The position numbers and the translations under genes were made by a program. A stretch of DNA of 63,859 nucleotides, filler included, from Octopus bimaculoides (Eukaryota), in NCBI RefSeq assembly GCF_001194135.2. It is 7 parts of 6 records of this genome, joined end to end, with 100 filler letters (N's around TTAATTAATTAA, not from the genome) between each part and the next. Parts side by side here need not be neighbours in the genome. Positions count along the whole stretch, not along the records: positions 36,715 to 52,638 come from NC_068982.1; positions 52,739 to 55,469 come from NC_068981.1; positions 55,570 to 60,609 come from NC_068987.1; positions 60,710 to 62,718 come from NW_026363416.1; positions 62,819 to 63,859 come from NW_026306208.1; 2 more parts are not named here. One strand, 5' to 3'. Of the stretch, positions 50,767 to 62,998 are shown one piece after another (position 1 is the first letter of the stretch; each line of letters begins with the position of its first letter). The notes beneath the pieces were generated by a model. The model saw only the letters and a program-made list of their open reading frames with translations. It made no database searches and was not told where the DNA came from.

Positions 50767-51638
50767 CAAGGTATTCCAAAAGTGACTGATGGGTTTCAAT
50801 TTTTAATAACTTCCTTCACTTTACAAATAAATGCAGGAAATTTTGATACAATATAAAGGACAATGCACAAGTCAAATTTTGCAACACCACTACATCACAT
50901 ATGAAAAATGACATCGCTTAAATGGTAGCCAATTTTGGTTTTGCACGCCTGTGCTCGTTCCAAAACTTACACCATAAAACTCTCAAGAGTTTCAGACCCC
51001 ACTTCTCTGATTTCTCTATTGATGTTCTCCTTCAGTTGATCCAGGGTCTCTGGTTTGTTGATATAAACCCTCTCTTTCAGGTATACACACAAGAAAAAAT
51101 CCAGGCTAGTCAAGTCTGGGGAATTTGAAGGCCGTTGACATTGCCATAGCGGGAGATTATTCTCTCTCCAAAGCACTGCCGTAGCAACTGCATTGTTTCT
51201 CTTGCAGTTTGAGCAGTTGTCCCATCTTGGTGGAACCATGTGTGAGGTCTTCTTTGAATGGACTTCACATTCCCCACACTTAACTAGCTCAGATTTATTC
51301 TTGTGGGGATACCTGAAAGAGAGGGATTACGTCAACAAACCGGAGACCCTGGTGCAACTGAAAGAGATCATCAACAGAGAAATCAGAGAAGTGGGGTCTG
51401 AAACTCTTGAGGGTATTATGATGCAAGTTTTGGAAAGAGCATGGGTGTGTGAAACCGAAAATGGCTGCCATTTAAGTGGTCATTTTTCATATGTGACATA
51501 GTGGTGTTGCAAAATTTGACTTGTGCATATTAATTTTGATTATGTCCTTTATATTATATCTAAATTTCATGCATTTATTCGTAAAGTTAAGGAAGTTATT
51601 AAAAACTGAAACCCATCAGTGACTTTAAGAACACCCTG
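50767..51638. mobile_element. Foldback derivative of a Tc1/mariner (DD41D, rosa/VS-like) transposon
   Basis: TA TSDs (50765-66, 51639-40), ends CA(A/G)GGT.TTC..AAAGT.ACTGATGGGTTTCA. The transposase C-terminus (SPDLTSLDFFL..YLKERVYINKPETL) is encoded on both strands in mirror image. Confidence 0.88.
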
Positions 51639-51640
51639 TA

Positions 51641-52014
51641 TATGAGGAAGTGGCAGAAGGTTTTGGGTAAAAGAAAATACAAGAGGTTCAGTTAATAATG
51701 ATGTTATTCAGCATATTCCCTTTCTCAGATTCACACACTTATTGCAGAGGCTCTTCAGTTTCTCTAAGTCCTGAAAAAGAATTTGGAAGGTTGGGCCACC
51801 AACAAGGACTTTTGTGACACTTTTTGAGCGAGGNNNNNNNNNNNNNNNNNNNNNNNNNNNNNNNNNNNNNNNNNNNNNNNNNTTTTGGCCAACCCTGTAT
51901 GTATATTTATATATATATATATATATATATAATTCATTCAGTTGTTAAACATAAATAAATCTTGGAATTAAATGGTTTTGATTTACTGTCAGGTGACTTT
52001 TGGCCAACCCTGTA
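51641..52014 (-). mobile_element. Mariner-like remnant with duplicated terminus
   Basis: Minus-strand DLEKLKSLCNKCVNLRKG resembles the mariner C-terminal KCxxLxGxYVE; ttttggccaaccctg-ta end at ~51883-51899 and ~51998-52014. Confidence 0.45.
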
Positions 52015-52339
52015 TGTATATTTATATATATATATATATATATATAAGGCAAATTTAAATACACACATACATATATATATAAGGCAAATTCAAATATGCA
52101 TATTATTTGTATTAATATATGATGGAACACACGTGTCTTGTTTGCAAGTAAGTTTATTATTAAAGCTGCAAAAACATCACAAAAATAGCACAAAGATCCA
52201 CTACTCAGAGTTTCATGTTTCCATTCTTTGAGAAGCTGTGATATATATATCATACTAGCAGAGATACCCGATGTTACTCGGGATTAAAACGGCATAGTTT
52301 TTTATTGTTTTACTTGTTTCAGTAATGTGAAAGTGGTGA

Positions 52340-52589
52340 AGCTGAAGCACCATCTTTAGTTGAACAAATCGATCCTGGGATTTATTCTTTGTAAGCCTAG
52401 TACTTATTCCATCGGTGTCTTTTGCTGAACCACTAAGTTAAGGGGATATAAAAACAGCAACATCAGTTGTCAAGCGATGGTTGGGTACGAACACACACAC
52501 ACATATACACTTACATATGACAGTCTTCATAAAGTTTGCGTGTATGAAATCCACTCACAAGGCTTTGGTTGGCCTAAAGCTATAGTGTG

Positions 52590-52590
<1 letters not shown>
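52340..52590 (-). mobile_element. SINE family A, partial, inverted
   Basis: gatttattctttgtaagcctagtacttattc...aatccactcacaaggctttgg. Confidence 0.75.
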
Positions 52591-52638
<48 letters not shown>

Positions 52639-53176
52639 NNNNNNNNNNNNNNNNNNNNNNNNNNNNNNNNNNNNNNNNNNNNTTAATTAATTAANNNNNN
52701 NNNNNNNNNNNNNNNNNNNNNNNNNNNNNNNNNNNNNNATATATACATATACATATATACATACCCACATATATACACACATACACACAAACGTACTCAG
52801 TACCAACATACACAAAATGCACATGCATACACACCACCTGGATAAACCCATCACACACGGACACACACAGAATCCCTGATAAATACAATACACTCACACA
52901 TACCCATACACACATACCCACACACACATACATATGCACCCTCACACATAACATCCCCACCAACACAAAACAGACAAACATACACACGCACCCACAGACG
53001 CACACATATACACACGTGAACAAACACATACACACGCATGCGCACACACAACACCCTAACAATATTAGTCACACACATACACACACCATCCTACCAAATA
53101 TAAAACACACAGACCCATATACACAAGCCACAATAAACTCTGGGACCAATCAAAAACGCCCACACACAGACACATG

Positions 53177-53216
<40 letters not shown>

Positions 53217-53519
53217 CACAGAGACACACACACTCACACTATTCTGATCTTTAAGACCAGCCCCAAAAAATACTGAACCATGACAGACTAGCCCAGAAAC
53301 AAAAAAAATCCTGTTAATTCTACATTGCTCTTCCTTCCCCCCACCCCAACCAGCCTCTCACACTGTCTCTCACTGTAGCAAACATTCCCTGGCTACTCAC
53401 AAGAGAGAAAACACATAAAAAAGACAGGTCAGTTCTTCAACTTTTCGTAAATTCTTAAATATATCTCCTGTGTGTATATATATACTACCAAACACTTTTT
53501 GTTGAATACTCTCTTATAA

Positions 53520-53717
53520 ACTGTTTTAAACATTCTCTTACTATTATCAAAGAATGTATAGATGTATTTTAATACTTAAACTGTTTATAACATTTTCTTA
53601 TTATTATCAAAGAGAATATATATATATATGTATTTTTATATATGTATTTTAATACTAAAACTATTTTTAACATTTTCTTATTATTATCAAAGTATGTATA
53701 TATGTATTTTAATACTT
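53520..53717. repeat. ~60-bp AT-rich minisatellite x3; a 34-bp unit minisatellite follows at ~53930-54006
   Basis: act.ttt..aacatt.tctta.tattatcaaag...tgtattttaatact repeated three times. Confidence 0.8.
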
Positions 53718-53897
53718 TTGTGACAACCAGTACTTAACACAACAAAGCTTATACAAAGCTTTACATTTTACTTTTGACAATCTTTTTCTAAAAAAGTGAA
53801 ATCGGTCAAGTGAATAAACATCTTTAAAATTGCATTTTCAAACCTTCTTTCATATATATTTCCACTCGTGCAGTACCTTACAACTTTACTTTGTTAT

Positions 53898-53932
<35 letters not shown>

Positions 53933-54689
53933 GGTATAGCTACTTTTATATATATACATATATATAGGTATAGCTACTTTTATATATATACATATATATA
54001 GGTATANNNNNNNNNNNNNNNNNNNNNNNNNNNNNNNNNNNNNNNNNNNNNNNNNNNNNNNNNNNNNNNNNNNNNNNNNNNNNNNNNNNNNNNNNNNNNN
54101 NNNNNNNNNNNNNNNNNNNNNNNNNNNNNNNNNNNNNNNNNNNNNNNNNNNNNNNNNNNNNNNNNNNNNNNNNNNNNNNNNNNNNNNNNNNNNNNNNNNN
54201 NNNNNNNNNNNNNNNNNNNNNNNNNNNNNNNNNNNNNNNNNNNNNNNNNNNNNNNNNNNNNNNNNNNNNNNNNNNNNNNNNNNNNNNNNNNNNNNNNNNN
54301 NNNNNNNNNNNNNNNNNNNNNNNNNNNNNNNNNNNNNNNNNNNNNNNNNNNNNNNNNNNNNNNNNNNNNNNNNNNNNNNNNNNNNNNNNNNNNNNNNNNN
54401 NNNNNNNNNNNNNNNNNNNNAATGTGTGTTGAAACAGATATTGTTATACTTGGAGATGGTGGTTTTTTGTTTTTTTTGCTTTTCTTTCGACAGTAAATCA
54501 TGCACGCTATTCAATCTTCACAGGACAAAATGGAATTAGCAGGACAAGAGGAGACACACAGAGAGTTACTGATGAGGTCACAGAATGTGTGACAAAAGAA
54601 CTGACAGATGTATTAACTAAAAATAATATAAAAACTTAACTGAAGATCAAATAAATGACCATCACTATCCACACCGCCCTTGCCAGGGC

Positions 54690-55470
54690 ATGTTCCATAG
54701 ACCGTGTATCTGCTCATTCCCCCACCCCCGCCCTGCTGTCACCCGTCTCCTGTTTCCCCTCACCACCCTATCTCGCCAATGCACCATTCTGAGCTATCAG
54801 GCAACTCTAGTCTGACCCCTCTACTTCGCACATCTTCCCTAACTGACCCCTCCCCTTCTTCAAATGAGCCCACAACTTACAAAACCTCTTGGTCCACAGT
54901 TTCTTCCTTAACCCAACCTCCCAACCCGGCTTGTTCCCCTGCTCCCACCCATGCTGTCACACTTGCCCTTACCTCTCCAACACCACCATCCTCACCAGCA
55001 CCCATCATAGACCCTATCATATCACTGACTCCTTCACCTGCACTTCTAGCAATGTCATCTACTGCACCTCCAGCTCTCTCTGTCCTTCTGTATACATCAG
55101 TCAAACAGGATGCTGCTTGGCTGACTGGTTCATGGAACAACTCCAAGACATCAGACTCAGCAACGACACCCAGTCTCGTGCCATTTCCGCTCTACCGGTC
55201 ACTCTTTACAACACCTGTCTGTGTTTGGATTGTCCTTGCACAGGGGTCATCTAGATTCCTGTCTTCATCATGAGCAGGGATTAATCTTCTCTCTTCGCTC
55301 CTTTGTGCCACATGGGCTCAACTCTCCTCCCCTCTTCATCTAACCCTCCTCCTCTCTCCTCTCACACCTACTTCCTCCCACTCACTTCTCCTCTGACACC
55401 TACTTCTCTTCACTCCTACCCACCTCCCTTCCACCCTCTCCCTTCATCGTCACCCCCTCCCTAAACATTN
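54690..55470 (+). mobile_element. Penelope-like element (Neptune-type) 3' fragment with GIY-YIG endonuclease
   Basis: PCSHPCCHTCPYL...ITDSFTCTSSNVIYC...CPSVYISQTG..LAD.F.E.L.DI, then LIFSLRSFVPHGLN; degenerate. Confidence 0.85.
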
Positions 55471-55569
55471 NNNNNNNNNNNNNNNNNNNNNNNNNNNNNN
55501 NNNNNNNNNNNNNTTAATTAATTAANNNNNNNNNNNNNNNNNNNNNNNNNNNNNNNNNNNNNNNNNNNN

Positions 55570-55633
<64 letters not shown>

Positions 55634-55635
<2 letters not shown>

Positions 55636-55792
55636 GACGGACTTCTTTCAGTTTCCGTCTGCCAAATCCACTCACAAGGCTTTGGTAGACGTTATAACAG
55701 AAGATACTTGCCCAAGGTGCCACGCAGTGGGACAGAAATCAGAATCATGTGGATGGTAACCAAGCTACTTACCACACAACCACTTCTGCGCC
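55634..55792 (-). mobile_element. SINE family A, 5' half, inverted
   Basis: cttctttcagtttccgtctgccaaatccactcacaagg...cttaccacacaaccacttctgcgcct. Confidence 0.8.
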
Positions 55793-55954
55793 TATGTATA
55801 TATGCATTTATGTATGTATGCATTTATATACGTATGTACGTATACGCACATACGTACGTATGTATGTATGTACATATGTCTGTAGATTTGTACCTTTTGT
55901 TTTATGTATGTATTCTCATGCACATAGTTGCATGTCTATCATGCTCATGTATAC

Positions 55955-56270
55955 TTAAATACTAAACTTCTGGAAAGTTTTACAGATTTTTACTGTTCTA
56001 GTGATAGCTAGAATCAGTAGTCTTCGAATCAGCTTTCTTGTTTCTGGGTTTGAGGAGCCTAATTTATCCAGATTAGTATTTAGGCACTGTCTTAGATATC
56101 CCAGTGGCCCAATAATTACAGGTATAAACCTGAACTTGTAATTTGGATAGAATAACTGTAGATTTCTCAATAGTTTTTTTTTTCCGCTGATCTCTGTCTT
56201 TATGTCAACATCCACTTGGCAGCTGATTTCCACAACTGTACACAGTTTCTCTTCTCTATCCCAAATCATT
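55955..56270 (-). mobile_element. RLE-domain fragment of an R4/Dong- or NeSL-type non-LTR element
   Basis: IWDREEKLCTVVEISC...LLRNLQLFYPNYKFRFIPVIIGPLG; flanked by (TATG)n. Confidence 0.6.
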
Positions 56271-56516
56271 ATGTCTATGTATGTATGTATGTATGTATGT
56301 ATGAATATATGTATGTATGTATGAATGTATGTATGTATGTATGTATGGTTGTATGGACAGAAAGAAAGAGGCGCAGGTGTAGCTGTGTTTTAAGATGTTC
56401 GCTTTGCAAAAAGCGATCTGGGGTTGTACCGTGGAAAAATGGCTTCTGCTACAGCCACGTTTGACAAATGCTTTGTAAATTAATTTGGAACTATTTAGGA
56501 GCTCTTCAAGTGTATG

Positions 56517-56571
<55 letters not shown>

Positions 56572-57327
56572 ACCTGTGTGTGCGTGCGCGCGCATGTGTG
56601 TGTATTAACTGTAGATAGCTAGATGTCGTGCAAGCATGGCCGAGTGGCTATGGAATTTCTTTCGTAGTCATGAAGCCTCGGTTTCGATACCATTGCTTGG
56701 AATCTTGATTGTCTTTTGTTATAGTCGTGAATGGATAGAAGCACGTCAAGTGAAAAGAGGTTGGTAGACTCTAGGGAAGTTCGCCGGATGAAATTCAAAC
56801 GGCCGACCTCGTCATACACCGTCATGCTAATTCTGTACGAATATTACATTATACGTAAGTGTATGCGCTATACTCCGTCACGTGCAAATTAATGCAGCGA
56901 CTGAGTAGTTTGGCTGATTGAACAAAGGGAATACTAATTATCGAAACCGACGGAAAACCATTTACTTCAACTGTACATCTGTGCTATGTACGCGCATATG
57001 TATAGATATACGCATGCGCGTATGTTTCCATTTCATACAAGATTAATGTATGCGTACACATGTATATGTAGCTATGTATTCATGTATGAATATGTATGAG
57101 AATGTCTTTAGAACATACGTACACGTAAGCAGGAAAATTCAATTTGCTGTGAAATTGATTTTTAGCTTCTTGATATTATCTCCCCCTTTTTTAACGATTA
57201 AACAATTAACGCGAAGTTGTTTTCTTTCTGTAATTTCAATTTATTTACAATATTTTATGTACATGATTCATCGCCACCTATCTAAATTAAATTTGTGTGT
57301 GTATATACACTCACACCAACACACACA

Positions 57328-57362
<35 letters not shown>

Positions 57363-58289
57363 NNNNNNNNNNNNNNNNNNNNNNNNNNNNNNNNNNNNNN
57401 NNNNNNNNNNNNNNNNNNNNNNNNNNNNNNNNNNNNNNNNNNNNNNNNNNNNNNNNNNNNNNNNNNNNNNNNNNNNNNNNNNNNNNNNNNNNNNNNNNNN
57501 NNNNNNNNNNNNNNNNNNNNNNNNNNNNNNNNNNNNNNNNNNNNNNNNNNNNNNNNNNNNNNNNNNNNNNNNNTATATATATATATATGTGTGTGTGTAT
57601 GTATATGCATATATATACATATATATATACATATGCATATATATATAAATATATGTATATATATGCACACACACATATGTATACACACACACATATATAT
57701 ATGTAATTATATATATATATGTATATATGCGCAAAAGGCAACGAAAATAACAGAAAAGAACAAATGAAGACAAACAGTGATTATTAGTTTGAGAGTCGAT
57801 ATGAGGCGATAAAGTAGCAGCGTTTTTGCGGCTTCGAGTTTAGATTCTTCTTCAAACATTAGAAAGAAAGGGTAAACAAAAAAATGTTGATAAATACAAA
57901 ATAGCTGGAACAATGTCGATATCTCTTATAATGTGAGTCAGGTAATGTTGAGAATGACTTGGAGGTTAGAATGACCATAAGCGAAATGGAACGGAAAAGG
58001 TTTCGTATGTAGTTACGAGAGCAGCAAGGGAGATAACTGCTAGAAAATGTGCACGGTCAGGTATGTATGTGTGTAATGTATGTTACGTTCGCGTGCTGTT
58101 AAGGTGAACGTATGCATGTGTGCGATTGTTTGTGTGCAATAAATACAGATTATACAAAAAAGGAAGACATGCTGTTAGTATTCCTTTAAATTGCATGTTA
58201 ATGATAGTGGCAATAAAATTAATGTAATAGTAATAGTAGTAATAAAATTGATGACTCCTAAAAGAAAAGGATAAAATGCCTAACATAAT

Positions 58290-58500
58290 AATGGTCTCGA
58301 ATTTTGCCACAAGGGCAGTAATTTTGAGAGGAGTGAGTCGATTACATCGACCTCAGTATTTCACTGGTACTTAATTTATCGACTCTGAAAGGATAAAAGG
58401 CAAATTCGACCTCGGCGGAATTTGAACTCAGAACATAGCGACGGGCGAAATACCGCTAAGCATTTTGTCCAGCGTGCTAACGATTCTGCTAGCTGGCCCC
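58290..58500 (-). mobile_element. SINE family B, inverted
   Basis: ggcggaatttgaactcagaac...gggcgaaataccgctaagcatttt...gctaacgattctgc. Confidence 0.8.
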
Positions 58501-58733
58501 TTAATAATAATAATAATAATAATTATCATCGTTATTATTATTATTATTATTATTTTCTTTTTTTCTTTCCTTCTCTCTCTTTCTTTCTTCCCCTTTTCTC
58601 TATCACATGACTTTGTAAATGAACAATCTGGTGTGTTTATTTTAATGGTCTACCAATGTATGCAGTGCATTTCTCTGCCCTGGGTGTCAGGAGTACACTC
58701 GGTAAGAAATAGAAACAGAATTGAAAGAGGATG

Positions 58734-58803
<70 letters not shown>

Positions 58804-58840
58804 TGATGATGATGATGATGATAATAATAATAATAATAAC

Positions 58841-58970
58841 AATATACGCAAAACACTTTCAATACAGTAACCATAAGAGCATCACAGCAAACCACAGCTC
58901 ATACCCAAGGCACACAGAGCCGCGCTCGGTAGTGAAGTGAAAGCACGTTATAAAAATAAAACTACTGAAT
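58841..58970 (+). mobile_element. Short 3'-end copy of the R4/Dong element in a (TAA)n array
   Basis: gcaaaacactttcaatacagtaa...ataaaaataaaactactgaa then (TAA)n; matches 24275-24416. Confidence 0.82.
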
Positions 58971-59309
58971 AATAATAATAACAACAACAACGTATGAAGT
59001 AGGAATTATCGAATGAGCAAAGGATGAGCTTGAAGATATCATCAGGAAACCGTTCACAATGAGCAGAAGCATGCATCACCAGTCTGATGTGGAGTGGTTA
59101 TACTGGAAAAAAGCAGATGTATAAAGAATGTTATTGAGTATAGGAAAGTGAACGGGATTAGAGATGACAAGTCGAAGTTCCTATGATAACATAAGAACAA
59201 ATGAGAATTTGTAATTTGAGTAGAAGTGATGCGATTTCTTCATTGTCTACAAGAGATGAACTTAAAGCGATACATTCACATCTGACGATACATTGACATT
59301 CTAGGTTTT

Positions 59310-59530
59310 CCTACAAATCCGCTTATGATGATATGCTTCAAATATAAATCTACGGCCTGAGTGCCAAAGTTGTAAGTTCCGTATAAGTTTATCCATGAAT
59401 ACGTTCACATCTGCTGGGTAGCTGACATCTACAAGTAGGAATAAACTTCTGTTCCCTGTCCAATAGAACAATATCAGGTTTGTTTCGTTCACACGGATCT
59501 GGTGTTTTACTGAAATGTTCCACCATTATT
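59310..59530 (-). mobile_element. Second RLE-domain fragment related to 55955-56270
   Basis: NKPDIVLLDRE / LVDVSYPADVNV / LIRNLQL across a frameshift. Confidence 0.55.
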
Positions 59531-59574
59531 TGGTATTTCTAAAGATAAGGACTCGACTATCGTGGGTGTTACGT

Positions 59575-59994
59575 TCCAACCCACCCCACCCCCCGCGATA
59601 GGTGAAAACCTGCGAAGTAGAAGCAGTACTTAGAAATAATACATTTCTAAATCTCTCAGAGAGATTAATGCAGCAGTGATACGATGAAGTAGTTGTATGC
59701 TGTCAATTTAATGTGACAGTCCCCTGAAGAGAATAATACTACTGTTGGTTAGACCTAGGAAGCTGCACTGCTTCCTGTCGGCCTTGAGACATTTCCTGGG
59801 ACATTATGCTTACAAGGAGGAGACAAGAACCTCCACCCAGTACTGCACCGTATATTTTTTTCTATTATTTTGATAATTTGTGTATATGTATAATGCAAAA
59901 CAACACCACAGAGTAATCGATGTAAGCTTAAATAATAAACCGCGATAAGTGAACCGCGATAGGTGAACCGTGATATGGCAAGGGATTACTGTAC
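59575..59994. mobile_element. pogo/Tigger-type MITE
   Basis: Right end gggattactg-ta with subterminal 14-bp repeats accgcgata(a/g)gtga; left part cccccgcgataggtgaa. Confidence 0.45.
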
Positions 59995-60564
59995 GTCTTG
60001 TTTCATCGTGACTTTTGTACGGCCGTCAGAACAATCCTTCGTAGAGATAGCATTATATTTTACCTTTTAATTTTTACTTGTTTCAATCATTTGGCTGCGA
60101 CCATGTTGGGGTACTACCCTGAAGAATTTATTTCAGGGGCGGGGAACTTTTTTGACCAATTACCCCAAAATGTATTTATTTACGCTGACGTTACCCCTTT
60201 GATTTCAAAGGAAGAAAATCATAGATTCTTTGAATTTAAAAGGCTTATAGAATCTATTTTAGTGAATCTATTTACACGTCCATTACGTTGCACAGATGCT
60301 GTGTTGCTTGAAGAAAAATTTCTCTCGTTACAAGGAACACAGTTTTTATATGGTTTTACTTATGTCTGATGAGTCCTCATTACTCCCCACCCAAGAATTT
60401 CATTTTTACTCTGCTTGGGTTAATTTACCCCGATTCACTGACCTCTGGTTTAGCTGAATAAATCCACCCCAATACTTTTTAAAATTTTGGTACTTATCAT
60501 ATCAGTTTCTTTTGCTGAGTAAGTATATTTAACGGTAATATATGTGTGTGTGTACATGTGTATT

Positions 60565-60609
<45 letters not shown>

Positions 60610-60709
60610 NNNNNNNNNNNNNNNNNNNNNNNNNNNNNNNNNNNNNNNNNNNNTTAATTAATTAANNNNNNNNNNNNNNNNNNNNNNNNNNNNNNNNNNN
60701 NNNNNNNNN

Positions 60710-62718
60710 TTTTTCACCCCAAATAGGACTTAACCGAACACAACATTGCTGATTCAAAATATCTACATTTATACTTTAAAGTTGGCTTTCACCTAACCCA
60801 GTTCTTCAGAATCAGTGTCGCAACGGAAACGCATGGGTTGGGAGTTTGACCGGCAGAGGTGATCAGGTTGCACACGCCGGCCCTTTCGAAACCACCACCT
60901 CCATCGTCTAACACCCCTTGGCCCATGTTGTTGGGATCCCTTTCGGCAAGGAAAATAGAACGCTCAAAAGGGCTCCCGATCCTTTGTGTCAGAAGGGGTT
61001 ATGTTTGGATCACAACTAAGTCTTAACCTAAGCCTAAGCTAACCTAGCGAAAGGGGGCTCGGGAACCTCCAAAAAGCAACGACTAATCCCGATCTAGTTC
61101 TAACCCCTCATAGGGGTACTATCGGTCAAGGCTGCATCGAAGATATGCATTGGAGAAGGTTGCCTCGGAAATCTGCATCAAAGATAAGTATCGGAGAAGG
61201 TTGCATCGAAGGTTTGCATTGGAGATCTGCAATGAAGAAGGTTGATTGAAAGATTTGGATTGGATAAGGTTGCATTAGAGATCTGCACTGGAGAAGGTTG
61301 ATTCGAAAGTTTGCATTGGGGATCCAGATTGGAGTAACTTAGAAAAACTTACCAACAGCCTTAACAAAAAAATAAAGGGCCTGACCCTTCTAGCCTGACT
61401 CTATAAGCAACTTGGTCAAGCGCTGATATCGGCCGAGTGAGCATTGTTGTCAGAGAAGTCAGCATTGTCCAATAAAGAAGAGGAAGAGTCCATGAGTTAT
61501 GTTGCCATGGTTTGAGAATATGTCCGGCCAATGCTTCTGGATCACCTGATTATAACCACATCGGCTGCAATAATGAGTTGTTCTACGTCTTTCAAACTTC
61601 GCTATAGACAACATTTTTTCCTCGACTAAATTTGATTCCATGCATAAAAAGAAAAAAAAAAAAATCCGATTTTTAATTTTTTTTCCTTAGTGAAAATCGT
61701 GCGGGTGAAAAGATCAATGGGGGTGGGGGTAAAATTTCCGAGGCTTCGACCTCACCCCACCCCGTTTTTCGGATCCCCAAAAGCATATGGTAGCATATTA
61801 GGAGGTCACAGGCATTTATTCAACGAAAAAAAATTTCCAATGATTCCGGGAGGGGGAAGGGGGTTCCCCCTCGCGCTATCCCACTTTTTTCCGAACTAAA
61901 ATAGGGGATTTGCAGCATATTAGGAGGTCAGGATACTTGATTCCACTCAAAAAATCCGAGTTGGTTTTTTTTTTCTAAGTGAAAATCGTGCGGGTGTTAA
62001 TCTAAAAATTTACCCTTTGTTTTTCTTTTTNNNNNNNNNNNNNNNNNNNNNNNNNNNNNNNNNNNNNNNNNNNNNNNNNNNNNNNNNNNNNNNNNNNNNN
62101 NNNNNNNNNNNNNNNNNNTGCATAAAAAGAAAAAAAAAAAAATCCGATTTTTAATTTTTTTTCCTTAGTGAAAATCGTGCGGGTGAAAAGATCAATGGGG
62201 GTGGGGGTAAAATTTCCGAGGCTTCGACCTCACCCCACCCCGTTTTTCGGATCCCCAAAAGCATATGGTAGCATATTAGGAGGTCACAGGCATTTATTCA
62301 ACGAAAAAAAATTTCCAATGATTCCGGGAGGGGGAAGGGGGTTCCCCCTCGCGCTATCCCACTTTTTTCCGAACTAAAATAGGGGATTTGCAGCATATTA
62401 GGAGGTCAGGATACTTGATTCCACTCAAAAAATCCGAGTTGGTTTTTTTTTTCTAAGTGAAAATCGTGCGGGTGTTAATCTAAAAATTTACCCTTTGTTT
62501 TTCTTTTTCGCCATTGCAAGACAGGGGACTTAACTCATGTTAACAAACTTACGGATTTCATCGACGTGGAAATTGGTAAAAGTTATGGTTGAAAATCGAT
62601 TTTTACCGCTATTCCCGGGTGCCTCGGGAAATATAAGTTGACAAAAGCACAGCCATGGTCGTGATCAATGTCCTCCTAAAATTTGAGCGACATGCGTGCT
62701 AATTTGTGGACGTGCATA
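60710..62718 (+). mobile_element. Composite Helitron/Helentron-like element with internal cargo and tandem repeats
   Basis: 60814-61020 matches 38995-39205 and 62570-62718 matches 39995-40135. Degenerate short repeats (tgcat..gagaaggt) at ~61130-61335. Confidence 0.45.
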
Positions 62719-62998
62719 NNNNNNNNNNNNNNNNNNNNNNNNNNNNNNNNNNNNNNNNNNNNTTAATTAATTAANNNNNNNNNNNNNNNNNNNNNNNNNN
62801 NNNNNNNNNNNNNNNNNNCGAACACAAGACGTAGAGACCAGGAATGCGTTTACTACTACTGCCTTCACTACCTCCACTACCACCATTACGACCGCCACCA
62901 AAGACAACAAAACCAAAACCACTACTGCCACCGACGTCGCAGCCACCACTACCACCAAGACCAACAATAACAAAAAGAGCAACAACTCCACTCCTCTT

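Noticed and set aside
51700-51790. Exon-like segment with strong minus-strand acceptor (ttctttttcag|gacttagag)
   Set aside because: The peptide resembles a mariner transposase C-terminus and lies next to a mariner-type terminus.
54704-55273. 189-aa Pro/Ser/Thr-rich ORF
   Set aside because: Alternative frame of the C-rich Penelope fragment.
60361-60400. CTGATGA boxes at 60366, 38750 and 54569 as further hammerheads
   Set aside because: No properly placed GAAA...GTH partner; at best decayed half-motifs.
61130-61335. Short tandem repeats as CRISPR-like array
   Set aside because: Eukaryotic context, degenerate units, no unique spacers or cas genes.
61641-62510. Exact 478-bp-offset duplication giving two identical 69-aa ORFs
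   Set aside because: The second copy begins exactly at a gap edge and looks identical, so it is most likely overlapping contig ends. Long reads would settle it.
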